From NCBI GenBank assembly GCA_035287205.1, contig DATEBV010000367.1, positions 3,869 through 67,868 of the forward strand: a stretch of DNA of 64,000 nucleotides. The letters are read 5' to 3'. Below are positions 16,771 through 26,450 of this stretch, piece after piece. The notes under the pieces are model-generated. The model was not told the DNA's origin, searched no databases, and saw only the letters and a list, made by a program, of their open reading frames with translations. The position numbers and the translations under genes are program-made. The stretch is from Chthoniobacterales bacterium. Lineage in GTDB: Bacteria > Verrucomicrobiota > Verrucomicrobiia > Chthoniobacterales > UBA6821. Numbering within the stretch: position 1 is the stretch's first letter; each line of letters begins with the position of its first letter.

Positions 16771-17500
16771 AGGATCACATATGGGAGCAATAACTTTTTC
16801 ATTAGATAGTAAATTAGTAGAAGCAATAAAAAAAACACTTCAACCGACAGTGTTTTTTGAAACAGGTACTTACAAAGGAGATACTGTTTATAACCAGATT
16901 AAGAACTTTAATAAGATTATTTCTGTAGAGTTAGCGCATGATTTGTGGAGCACTGCATGCAAACGATTTGAACAGTATCAACATATAGAAATTATTCATG
17001 GAGATTCTCCAAAGGTTTTAGAAGATTGTTACTCTAGAATTTCTGGAGAGTCAGTGCTTTATTGGCTTGATGCGCATTGGTGTGTCGCGCTTGGAACTGC
17101 TGGTGAAAAATCACAATGTCCTTTGCTAAAAGAACTATCTGCTATTAAAGAACTTAATGAAAATTCTGTTATCCTTATTGATGATGCCAGGCTTTTTTTA
17201 GCGCCTCCCTTAGCGCCTCATGAAATTACTGAATGGCCTCAATTTCATGATATTATAAAGCATCTTTATGCTTTGAGCACAGAGCATGAAATGATGGTTG
17301 TCAACGACATCATTATTTATTATCCCATTAAATTAAAAGATGACATCATTAATTATGCTCAGCACTGTGGCGTTGATTGGCTTAACATAGGCCATTATGC
17401 TGAAGAGATTATTAATTTGAAAAAAATTTGTGAAGAACGCCTTGAGCTGATTGAGCGACTTCATCAAGAGTGTGCCAGATTGTCTGAAAACATAAATTAA
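16763..17500 (+). CDS. Putative SAM-dependent methyltransferase-like protein with C-terminal coiled coil
   Basis: 'FFETGTYKGDT' (E-x-G-x-x-x-G, TylF/CmcI/FkbM-like motif I), 'LDAHW' and 'ILIDDARLF'. C-terminal heptad-like 'IINLKKICEERLELIERLHQECARL'. The family call is tentative. Confidence 0.35.
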   Translation: MNKGSHMGAITFSLDSKLVEAIKKTLQPTVFFETGTYKGDTVYNQIKNFNKIISVELAHDLWSTACKRFEQYQHIEIIHGDSPKVLEDCYSRISGESVLYWLDAHWCVALGTAGEKSQCPLLKELSAIKELNENSVILIDDARLFLAPPLAPHEITEWPQFHDIIKHLYALSTEHEMMVVNDIIIYYPIKLKDDIINYAQHCGVDWLNIGHYAEEIINLKKICEERLELIERLHQECARLSENIN

Positions 17501-18909
17501 TGAATAATTCTACTTATAATTATTGTATTGATTTTCCGATAGATCGAATAAATCAGGAAAAGTGTGAAGTTATAGGGTGGATTTTTCATAAAGAAGGTTA
17601 TCCCATAAAAAAAATTCGTTTAAAAATAAAGAACAAGATTTTTGACGGTGTTATTGGATATCCAAGGCCTGATGTGACCTCCTATTTTAATAATGCAAAA
17701 GAATCAGAACATAGTGGCTTTAGAGTTCCCGTGGAGTTAAATGCTGGACTTAATAAAATGATGATAGAAATATTATCTAGAGAGAAGGATTGTTGGGAAA
17801 TTGCAGGAATTATCGAAATAAAATATACACAATGGTCTGGTTTTAATTTTTTTAAAAAAGGATTTATTAAGAAATTTCAAGAAACGCGAGTTTGTAAAAA
17901 ACCTCCATGGAGAAATTATTTAAAACGACTTTTTTCAAAGAAAAATTTTTTAATTAACTCACAATCAAGGAGTCGTTTTATTGCCATTATAAGAAATGAT
18001 CTTTTAACAAATATTCATTATTTCTTGGATCGCAAAAAACTCATTGGGTTGGGGTATCTTGTTCAACATGCTCCGAAGGCCATTACTCATGAAAAATATC
18101 CCAAGCATCAAAAGTTAGATTGCTATCCTAAAATAACGATAGTGACTCCATCTTACAATCAAGGTAATTTTTTGGAGGCTACTATTCAAAGTGTTTTAAA
18201 TCAAAATTATTCTAATCTTGAATATATTGTTATTGATGGGGGGTCTCAAGATGCTTCGTCTCAAATTATTAAAAAACATGAATCTTATTTAAGTTATGCC
18301 GTAAGTGAACAAGATCAAGGGCAATCGCATGCTATTCAAAAAGGGTTTGATCAATGTACTGGTGGCTGTAATGATATTATGGCTTATCTGAACTCTGATG
18401 ATACTTATTTGCCTGGGGCACTAGAGTTTGTTGCTAACTATTTTCATCAACATCCTGAGGTTGATATGATTTATGGACATCGTGTTCTAATTGATGAACA
18501 TGGCAATGAAATCGGGCGCTGGTTTACTCCTCATCACAATCATTATAATCTTTCCGTTTTAGATTATGTGCCACAGGAAACAATGTTTTGGAGGAAGCGT
18601 TTCTATGATAAAATTGGCGGAATAGATCCTGGATTCCATTTTGCCATGGATTGGGATTTACTCTTAAGAATTCAAGAATCAGGAGCTGTAATTAAAAGAG
18701 TTCCCTATTTTTTAGCTTGTTTTCGAGTGCATACTCAGCAGAAAACTAATATTCAAATGAGTACTATTGGTGAAATAGAGATCAATAAATTACGTGAACG
18801 ATCTCACAACGGGAAAGTTTCTCAAAAAAATATTGCTAAAGTTCACAAAAAAAACTCTATTGAAAGCGCTATAACAAGTCTTTTATTTGGCAGAGGGATT
18901 CGTTTCTAA
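17500..18909 (+). CDS. Family 2 glycosyltransferase with unknown N-terminal domain of about 200 aa
   Basis: 'ITIVTPSYNQGNFLEATIQSVLNQNYSNLEYIVIDGGSQD' and 'NSDDTYLPGAL' (DxD region) are typical GT2. Confidence 0.75.
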   Translation: MNNSTYNYCIDFPIDRINQEKCEVIGWIFHKEGYPIKKIRLKIKNKIFDGVIGYPRPDVTSYFNNAKESEHSGFRVPVELNAGLNKMMIEILSREKDCWEIAGIIEIKYTQWSGFNFFKKGFIKKFQETRVCKKPPWRNYLKRLFSKKNFLINSQSRSRFIAIIRNDLLTNIHYFLDRKKLIGLGYLVQHAPKAITHEKYPKHQKLDCYPKITIVTPSYNQGNFLEATIQSVLNQNYSNLEYIVIDGGSQDASSQIIKKHESYLSYAVSEQDQGQSHAIQKGFDQCTGGCNDIMAYLNSDDTYLPGALEFVANYFHQHPEVDMIYGHRVLIDEHGNEIGRWFTPHHNHYNLSVLDYVPQETMFWRKRFYDKIGGIDPGFHFAMDWDLLLRIQESGAVIKRVPYFLACFRVHTQQKTNIQMSTIGEIEINKLRERSHNGKVSQKNIAKVHKKNSIESAITSLLFGRGIRF

Positions 18910-18917
18910 AGTTTTTT

Positions 18918-21902
18918 ATGCATCCATTGTCTCTTTTATTTACTTTTCTCCTTTTTGCATATTTTTGTATTGCGGGAAAAGCTTTTATGCTGGCTATAAA
19001 CTTGCCAGGATCGTGCTTAAGATCATGGTTAATTGCTCCTGTTATGGGGTTCTCATTGCAGATCTTAATTGTAAGTATCATTAATCAAGCTGGATATCCT
19101 GTGGAGAAATTTGCACGTTGGGAGGCAGTTTTAACTCTGCTAATCGCTATTGCTATTTTTCTTTGGAAACGGCCTATCTTTCCTTGGCGTTACTTAAGTC
19201 CCTTTGCCGGATCTTCTCTTATCGTTTTATTTTATGCAGGATGGCCGCTACTGCTTTTAGGCATGGGATGGCTTTCTTACTGTAATGATGATATGGCAAA
19301 TTACTGTTTGGCCGCAAAGAGGCATCTTCATCATGGATTTTTTAGTGTTCCCACGATAGAAGAATTACAAGGCACTGATTATTCTCAATATTATTATTTT
19401 ATGCATGTTGGGGGCTTCTTGCGTTATGGGAGTGAATTATTAATTTCATGGGTTTCTGGAGTAACAGGGCTTAATCCATTAAAAATTTTTATGCCTACCA
19501 TTATAGCTCTAGGAATGGGGCTTCCACCTATTACTGCGGCCTTAGCACGTGCAGGACGCGCTAAGTATGCTGTGATGGTAGTTTCTTCACTACTTCTTGC
19601 TCTGAGTCCTCTCTTTCTTTTGGGAATGTTCTACCAACTTATTGCTCAAATGGCCGGCCTTGGACTGCTGTGTGGAACAGCGACTCTCATGATGGACGAG
19701 AGAAAACTTGCATCAAAACAATCGTTTCTGCGAATGTCTCTCGGGTTGGGTACCCTGGGAGCTGCATTTTGTGTGACGTATCCAGAGCTTACCCCTTTCT
19801 GTGGTCTTGGGTTTCTATTATGGATTGTTGTAAGAAGCATCAAATCATTATCTATCCCATGGAGTAAATATTCGCTTAACCCATTGGGAGAATGTGCTAA
19901 TGATTCAACTCATTATCAAGGTGATCCTTCAAATTTAAATCAGGGCATCAATCAACCTCCCACCTCTCACCTCCTACCTTTCACCACTATTCGGCCTGTT
20001 GGCCGAATAGTTACCTCTTGGAGGCCTATAGTGTTGTGTTTATTGTCTGGCGTTGTTGTTCTAACGTGGCTTCGTTATAATATATTTGTCTACTTATTAA
20101 CTATTATAGAACAACTGCAAGGTGGAACTCATGCTATGGAGAGCGACATTCTTTTTCCTTATTTTTTAGTTCCTAGCGGAATACCTTCTTTATTCGGATT
20201 TCTTTCGATTTCAGGATCTTTTAGTAAGATTCAAGGATATGGACTCATGTTTATTTCAATAATATTTTTGATTCTTTTTACTGGATTAGTGATGCATTCT
20301 ATAAGGAAAGGGAAGGGGCATTCTTGTATTGCGCTTATTATGTTATTGGTAGGAGGATTACTTTTCTACAAGCAGGTCGGTTTTGGAACATTTAAGTTAG
20401 CAATGTTCATCCAACCATTTATTGCTATTGAACTAGCCTTGTTTTTTTGCAGCCTTGGTCTTATGCAACTGCTTGTATGGGTGGTGTTTTACTGTATTTT
20501 TCAATTTCCTGTCGGTTTCTTTTATGGAAAAACATCTCTTGGTTTACATCATGCCCAGTTTGTCGAAATTCCAGGAGCATCAAGTAGAAATTTAGATATT
20601 ACGAACAGAGAGAATTTTTCCGTGGTTAGTGTAGAGAGTGCGCATCTTGTGATTGAAAAGTTTGCAGCATGCGTGGCGCAGGGACATCCTCTTGTGTTTA
20701 ATATGAAAAATAGCATTGCTGAATTTGGAGCAGCAGCAGCACCACCATTTTTTTTAGATCTTATAGCCCGATTTCATCTTTATGTAAAGGAGACTGCTTC
20801 TGTAAGTGATTTAGTTAAAGAAAATATGATGATGTTTCAGGAAAAAAAACTTCTTGGAACAAGTATCAAGTATTCACTACGGCAACAAGATACTACTGCG
20901 ACGAGAGTAAGACCACCGAGAGATATTGAAATTTTTAATGGATTGCTATCTAATAATGAAATAGGGAAAGATTTTTTTCAATCCACAAAGCTTCTTCCAG
21001 AGGAGGTGTCTCTTACATTTGTTAATTCTCATAGGGGAGAGCATTATTATGGATGTTTTAAACGCAAGGCCATTTCATTTTATCAAAATCAAAACGATCC
21101 TTATTCTCGAGTACAGAGTTTGTCTGGAATTGGACCATACTTTTTATTTCAAGTAGATCCTCCATCACAAGAAATTTACTTACGGGTAGCAGTAACAAAG
21201 TCTATTTTTGGTAAGGAGAGAACATCTCTTTACCAACATGCAGTAGTCAAAGGAGAGCAAGATAAAAATGCTGATTTTAAAGGAAATGGGGCTGCTAATC
21301 TGTATATTGGTCCTATTAAGCCGTTTGATTGGAATGGAACTAGTTATGTAGCTCTTGATTTTGGCGAAGAAGGCCAACAACCCATTAAAGATACGACCGG
21401 AATTATGGGGCTTTATCGAAAAGAACAATCGATTGATCCTCGCTACCTTGTAGGGTATGCCCGTGATATTTCAGCCATCACCGCAGATCATTATCGTATT
21501 ATGGAAAGGCCACGAGAAGTTAGTAATTTTCCAAAAGATCTGGCAGAGGCGAAGTCGTTAGAATTCTCAGGATGGTATGAGGATGGATGGATATCACAAC
21601 ATTCTTATGTTATCCTAGGGTCAGATAAAAAAGCGGATAGTTTGGTTATTAAAGGAGTAGTTCCAGGGCTTAAAAGGTTAGTTACTGAGGGACAACGAAT
21701 TACTATATTTATTAATGGAGTGGAAATTTGCCATCAGCAAAAGATAGCACCGGGCGCTTTTGAGTTAAAGTTTAACGTGCCTCAGAAAAAGGAGAGCAGT
21801 CCTTCTACTCGGGTAGATATAGTTTTTAACATAGCAGAACAGCTTCCTGCGCCTGATTTTAGGCCTGCTTCTGCTAAGATTAACTATTTAGGTCTCAACT
21901 AA
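18918..21902 (+). CDS. Large membrane protein (GT-C-like N-terminal half plus a soluble C-terminal half of about 450 aa)
   Basis: 994 aa. More than 12 TM helices with first-loop 'NDDMANY'. In-frame RE-1S at 19864-20014. No recognisable motif in the C-terminal half. Confidence 0.5.
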   Translation: MHPLSLLFTFLLFAYFCIAGKAFMLAINLPGSCLRSWLIAPVMGFSLQILIVSIINQAGYPVEKFARWEAVLTLLIAIAIFLWKRPIFPWRYLSPFAGSSLIVLFYAGWPLLLLGMGWLSYCNDDMANYCLAAKRHLHHGFFSVPTIEELQGTDYSQYYYFMHVGGFLRYGSELLISWVSGVTGLNPLKIFMPTIIALGMGLPPITAALARAGRAKYAVMVVSSLLLALSPLFLLGMFYQLIAQMAGLGLLCGTATLMMDERKLASKQSFLRMSLGLGTLGAAFCVTYPELTPFCGLGFLLWIVVRSIKSLSIPWSKYSLNPLGECANDSTHYQGDPSNLNQGINQPPTSHLLPFTTIRPVGRIVTSWRPIVLCLLSGVVVLTWLRYNIFVYLLTIIEQLQGGTHAMESDILFPYFLVPSGIPSLFGFLSISGSFSKIQGYGLMFISIIFLILFTGLVMHSIRKGKGHSCIALIMLLVGGLLFYKQVGFGTFKLAMFIQPFIAIELALFFCSLGLMQLLVWVVFYCIFQFPVGFFYGKTSLGLHHAQFVEIPGASSRNLDITNRENFSVVSVESAHLVIEKFAACVAQGHPLVFNMKNSIAEFGAAAAPPFFLDLIARFHLYVKETASVSDLVKENMMMFQEKKLLGTSIKYSLRQQDTTATRVRPPRDIEIFNGLLSNNEIGKDFFQSTKLLPEEVSLTFVNSHRGEHYYGCFKRKAISFYQNQNDPYSRVQSLSGIGPYFLFQVDPPSQEIYLRVAVTKSIFGKERTSLYQHAVVKGEQDKNADFKGNGAANLYIGPIKPFDWNGTSYVALDFGEEGQQPIKDTTGIMGLYRKEQSIDPRYLVGYARDISAITADHYRIMERPREVSNFPKDLAEAKSLEFSGWYEDGWISQHSYVILGSDKKADSLVIKGVVPGLKRLVTEGQRITIFINGVEICHQQKIAPGAFELKFNVPQKKESSPSTRVDIVFNIAEQLPAPDFRPASAKINYLGLN
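19864..20014 (+). mobile_element. RE-1S copy, in frame inside the 994-aa membrane-protein gene
   Basis: 151 nt, GTAAATATTCGC...CTATTCGGCCTGTTGGCCGAATAGTTAC. The flanking 8-mers cccatgga and ctcttgga match at 6 of 8 positions (decayed TSD). Confidence 0.85.
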
Positions 21903-21913
21903 CAAATAACCAA

Positions 21914-23725
21914 GTGCATCCAATATTTTTTCTTCAAGAATATCTATTAACTTTTTTAGCCATTATTCTCTTTGGATTTTGTGGCTATGGCACCCTTACC
22001 TTCTTTTTAGAGAACCAAGAATTAACTTTTACTCAAATTATTTTAATATCTCCTTTTAATGGAATTATTATGAGTGTGTTAGGGATTATTCTATTATATA
22101 CCTGTGGAATAAGTTTTACTCTAGCAATAGGTATTACTGTTTTATTATTAACCGCAATAAGTATCTATTATCTTACAAAGAACTATAGAAGCATCAAATT
22201 TTTAATAGTGCTTCCATTTTTTATTATTGCTTTCTTAATAAGTCTATTGTGCAACTCTAATGCACTGAAAGAATCTTCTCCTTCCATTCAGATGATTGAT
22301 GGATCTGATGCGATGGGTTATAGCATGAGCGCGGATTGGATTCGAATGAATACCATTAAAAGGCTACCAGGACTCAATGCATCAGATCCCTATGAAGTGT
22401 TACCCTATCAAAATCTTCGTACGGATCAACGGTTAGGAAGTTTTGCTTATTTAGCATTAATTAGTGCGTTCGCTCATCGTTCAGCATTTTTCTCTTATAA
22501 TTTAGCAGTAACAATTGCTATAACCATTTTTATTATGGGGCTTGCTGCAGTAGTCTCTTCTAGATGGATTTGTTTTTATTTAACTTCTTTATTGTTAGGT
22601 TTTTCTCAACTTATTGATTTAGCTAATGCAGGATATTTTGGCAAGATGCTTGGTTATCCAGCTATTTTATTATTGCTGTTACTTGTCCTTAGAAACAATA
22701 CTCCAAGTGCAAAAAATATTTTATACTATTCTCTATTAATAGTGGGTGCGAGTTCACTGTATTCTTATATTAGTACTTTTGTTTTATTTAGTTTTACAAT
22801 ATTTTTATTTTTATTTTATCAATTAATTTTTTGTAAAAAAAGTTTTGGATGGAATGAACAGTATGATGAGTGTAAATGTACTATAATTTACGTATTAGCA
22901 ACTCTAACATTTATAGCATTTGCATGTTCAGGAGGTTTTTTAGTATTGCTTGGAGGTGGTCCTTACTGGCAGCGAGGGCTATTAGAGGATCACCCTTTCC
23001 AGTTGAAGTTTAAAGAGATTCTTTTTTATATTTTAAATATTGATTATATTCCTTCATTAGTTCATTTTCCAGGAGGTAGTGCAAGTTTTATCATCTTTAT
23101 ATCAATAATAATTTTGATAATAGTATGCAGCAGCATTTTTATTAAAAACAGAATAGTATTTATTATAATTATGTTGCCATTAAGTATAATAACAGTATTA
23201 ATAGCAACAGGGCGTTATTGGGGAGCTTACCAAATGGCTTTGCTGTTCTACCTTTGTTCTTGTCTTGCTATAGGATTGTTATTGAATGAATTATTCAAAT
23301 ACAAAACAAAAAAGGCTAGAGTAATAGGAGTATTATTTTTTATTATGTTTGCAATTCCGCATCTGCCTCTTTTTATTGCTGTTACTAATCGATTTGCTTA
23401 TTCCTCACCTGATACTGTTAGATATGCTGAGGCAGAGTTTAAAAAACTTAAAGCTATGATAGGGCATGGAAAAGTTATGATTGATACTACTAGTGTCTAT
23501 GATACACAACCTTTATTGCTTGAATTTGGACGTGATCAGATGAGCCTTTTTTTTACAGCTCGTGCTTGGATTTTAACAGGTTGGGGTCTTTCTTATCCAG
23601 AATATCTTGCCGTCAATCATGGAGAGAATTGTTCTTTTAGGATATTACCTGCAGGAGAAAAATGTGAGTTGCCGTGGGTACCCGTTTATATAGGAAGACA
23701 TTATCAACTGGCTTCAAAGGGATAA
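21914..23725 (+). CDS. Polytopic membrane protein, GT-C-like
   Basis: 603 aa with GTG start and very hydrophobic sequence. First-loop 'GSDAMGYSMSADW'. Lies directly upstream of a GtrB-like GT2. Confidence 0.45.
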   Translation: MHPIFFLQEYLLTFLAIILFGFCGYGTLTFFLENQELTFTQIILISPFNGIIMSVLGIILLYTCGISFTLAIGITVLLLTAISIYYLTKNYRSIKFLIVLPFFIIAFLISLLCNSNALKESSPSIQMIDGSDAMGYSMSADWIRMNTIKRLPGLNASDPYEVLPYQNLRTDQRLGSFAYLALISAFAHRSAFFSYNLAVTIAITIFIMGLAAVVSSRWICFYLTSLLLGFSQLIDLANAGYFGKMLGYPAILLLLLLVLRNNTPSAKNILYYSLLIVGASSLYSYISTFVLFSFTIFLFLFYQLIFCKKSFGWNEQYDECKCTIIYVLATLTFIAFACSGGFLVLLGGGPYWQRGLLEDHPFQLKFKEILFYILNIDYIPSLVHFPGGSASFIIFISIIILIIVCSSIFIKNRIVFIIIMLPLSIITVLIATGRYWGAYQMALLFYLCSCLAIGLLLNELFKYKTKKARVIGVLFFIMFAIPHLPLFIAVTNRFAYSSPDTVRYAEAEFKKLKAMIGHGKVMIDTTSVYDTQPLLLEFGRDQMSLFFTARAWILTGWGLSYPEYLAVNHGENCSFRILPAGEKCELPWVPVYIGRHYQLASKG

Positions 23726-23774
23726 CAGGGATAAATTTAACCAATCTTAATAACGTAGAAGTTCTTACAGTGTC

Positions 23775-24716
23775 ATGAATCCTCTTTTATCCATTATTGT
23801 TCCTGTCTTTAAGGAGGAAAAAAATGTTCCTGAATTCCTTCACTATGTCCTACCAATTCTTGAACAACAAACTCAGGATTTTGAGATCATTTTTTCCCTA
23901 GATCCTTCGCCTGACCAAACAGAAGAAGTTATCATCAAGCATCATCAGAATGATCCTAGAATCAAATGTATTAAATTTTCACGTCGTATTGGACAGCCAA
24001 TGGCAATTCTAGCAGGACTTCAGTATTCATCAGGTGATGCTGTGATTGTTATGGATGTTGATATGCAAGATCCACCAGAGCTTATTCCCTCGATGGTAGA
24101 AAAATGGAAAGAAGGATATGATGTAGTGATGGCACAACGCCGTACGCGTCATGGAGAAACATGGATTAAGTTGCTCATTGCAAAAGTAGGTTATGCTTTG
24201 ATAAAAAAAATATCTGATGTTTCTATTCCAGAAAATACGGGGGAATTTAGACTCATGAGCCGTAGAGTTGTTGATGAGGTGATTAAATTAAAAGAATGTC
24301 ATGGCTTCCTGCGTGGTCTTGTTGCACTTGTAGGGTTTAAGCAGACAACGATTTTATTTGACCGGCCAGCACGTCTTCATGGACAAGGCAATTATAATGC
24401 GCTCTTTGGTTCTTTGCGTATCGGGTTTAATGGTATTTTTTGCTTTTCAACACATGCATTAGTATTGAGTACTGAGATAGGCTTTATGTTAGCCATTGGA
24501 TCCATATTTTTTGCGATTATTTATTTTATCTTGAAAATTTTTGGGTTTCCTTTTGCTTCAGGAAACCCTACCATTGTTATTCTTATTTTAATGATGGGTG
24601 GAATTCAGTTGATTAGTATTGGAATTTTAGGAGAATATATTGGGCGTATTTATGAAGAAGTTAGACAACGCCCTAAATTTATCGTGGATACAATTATTGG
24701 ATTCAAAGAACACTAA
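23775..24716 (+). CDS. Polyprenyl-phosphate glycosyltransferase (GT2; GtrB/ArnC/DPM1-like)
   Basis: 'LSIIVPVFKEEKNV', 'VMDVDMQDPPELI' and 'TGEFRLMSRRV', plus two C-terminal TM helices. This is the classic GtrB/ArnC architecture. Confidence 0.8.
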   Translation: MNPLLSIIVPVFKEEKNVPEFLHYVLPILEQQTQDFEIIFSLDPSPDQTEEVIIKHHQNDPRIKCIKFSRRIGQPMAILAGLQYSSGDAVIVMDVDMQDPPELIPSMVEKWKEGYDVVMAQRRTRHGETWIKLLIAKVGYALIKKISDVSIPENTGEFRLMSRRVVDEVIKLKECHGFLRGLVALVGFKQTTILFDRPARLHGQGNYNALFGSLRIGFNGIFCFSTHALVLSTEIGFMLAIGSIFFAIIYFILKIFGFPFASGNPTIVILILMMGGIQLISIGILGEYIGRIYEEVRQRPKFIVDTIIGFKEH

Positions 24717-24719
24717 ACT

Positions 24720-25481
24720 ATGAGCAGTACAAATAATACAAAAAGAGTTTCTGAAGCAGAAGACTTTTGGGACCATTTCACATCAAGTGCACAGATTCAT
24801 CCTGCAAATATCTATAGATATCAACTTATCGCAGATATTATTAAAAAATTTAATATAGCATCTAACTCTATCATTGATCTTGGATGTGGCAATGGAGCCC
24901 TTTTAAGTCACTTGAAAGCCTCTCTTCTTGGTGATATTTTCATTGGATTTGATGGAGCGCAATCAATTATCGAACGGAACAAGAGGAATCTCGAATTTGC
25001 CCAATTTTATCAAGCTGATTTACAAGAGCCCAATAATTTTCCATTTAAGGAACAGGCTGATCTTGTAGTTTGTTCCGAAGTTGTAGAGCACATGCCGAAT
25101 TATACACCAGTTTTTCAGCTTGCTTATGAATTACTTAACCCTGGTGGCTATTTTATATTGACAACACAAGGAGGAAAGCGGCGGCGACATGATGTTGAAC
25201 TTTTAGGGCATCTTCGGCACTATAATCTTCATGAATTAGGAGAGGAAGTAGTTTCTTTTGGATTTCAGTTGCATCACAAACAGCAAGTAGGGTGGCCGGT
25301 ACTTAACCTTCAGAAAATAGCAGCTTCTTTGCTGATAAAACGTGTAGAAAAAGAACTTGCTTCCCCGGAAGACCCTACACCTCTTTTTAGATTGGCCTGT
25401 AGAATAGTAAAACAAGGATTAAAACTGTCTTCAAAACGCAAGGGGCCTCAATTGATTATTATTGGACGTAAACCTTTGTAA
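24720..25481 (+). CDS. Class I SAM-dependent methyltransferase
   Basis: 'IIDLGCGNGALL' is motif I, followed by an acidic residue and the 'VVCSEVVEHMP' post-I/II motifs. Confidence 0.7.
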   Translation: MSSTNNTKRVSEAEDFWDHFTSSAQIHPANIYRYQLIADIIKKFNIASNSIIDLGCGNGALLSHLKASLLGDIFIGFDGAQSIIERNKRNLEFAQFYQADLQEPNNFPFKEQADLVVCSEVVEHMPNYTPVFQLAYELLNPGGYFILTTQGGKRRRHDVELLGHLRHYNLHELGEEVVSFGFQLHHKQQVGWPVLNLQKIAASLLIKRVEKELASPEDPTPLFRLACRIVKQGLKLSSKRKGPQLIIIGRKPL

Positions 25482-25490
25482 GAATTTATT

Positions 25491-26450
25491 ATGAAAGCAA
25501 TTATTATTGGAGGAGCTGGTTTTATTGGTTCTTGTTGTGCGGCACGGTTGTTAGAAGACTCTCAAAATAGAGTCACAATATTTGATAATTTTAGCTCAGG
25601 ACGACATTGGCATCTTGAAACTCTTTTATCGACTCAAAGAATCAATATTATCAAAAACGATGCTCAAGATGTTAACGCATTAACAGAAGCGATGCATGGG
25701 CATGAGATTGTATTTCACTTTGCTTCCAATCCAGACATTGCTAAGGCTGCAACAGAACCAACCATTGATTTTTATCAAGGAACGCTTCTTTCACAGAATG
25801 TTTTTGAAGCGGCAAGGCTCACAGGAGTGGAAAAAATTATTTATGCAAGTGGGAGTGGTATCTTTGGAGATAATCCTTCAAAAGTTTTTAATGAAGATGA
25901 TTTTAGCTCAACTCCAACTTCTACTTATGCTGCAAGTAAGGCCGCTGGGGAAACCCTATTGAGTGCCTATTCTTCGATGTTTGGACTTCATGGAATTAGC
26001 TATCGTTTTGCAAATGTGGTTGGTCCTCATCAAACCCATGGAGTAGCCTTTGATTTTATTAATCGGCTTAGGAAAAATCCACACACCTTGTCAGTCCTGG
26101 GAGATGGAACGCAAACAAAATCTTATATTCATGTAGATGATATTGTTACAGCTCTGCTATATTTTAAAGATGCATTTCCTGCGCCATATAACTATTTTAA
26201 TTTAACAACAGATGATACTTTAACGGTTAAGCAGATTGCAGAACTTGTTATTTCTGAAATGGGGTTACAAGATGTTGTTGTACAGTATGGATCTGCTGAT
26301 AGAGGGTGGTCAGGTGATGTTCCTCGAATACGTTTTACTGCTAGTAAAATGAAAGCTTATGGATGGTGTCCACAACGTAACGCCTTAGAAGCAATGCGTG
26401 CATCTATTCGCGGTATGATAGACAATGCAAACAAAGGTCTTTTTGAATGA
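25491..26450 (+). CDS. NAD-dependent sugar-nucleotide epimerase/dehydratase (extended SDR)
   Basis: 'IIGGAGFIGS' and 'YAASKAAGE' (YxxxK). 319 aa. Confidence 0.8.
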   Translation: MKAIIIGGAGFIGSCCAARLLEDSQNRVTIFDNFSSGRHWHLETLLSTQRINIIKNDAQDVNALTEAMHGHEIVFHFASNPDIAKAATEPTIDFYQGTLLSQNVFEAARLTGVEKIIYASGSGIFGDNPSKVFNEDDFSSTPTSTYAASKAAGETLLSAYSSMFGLHGISYRFANVVGPHQTHGVAFDFINRLRKNPHTLSVLGDGTQTKSYIHVDDIVTALLYFKDAFPAPYNYFNLTTDDTLTVKQIAELVISEMGLQDVVVQYGSADRGWSGDVPRIRFTASKMKAYGWCPQRNALEAMRASIRGMIDNANKGLFE

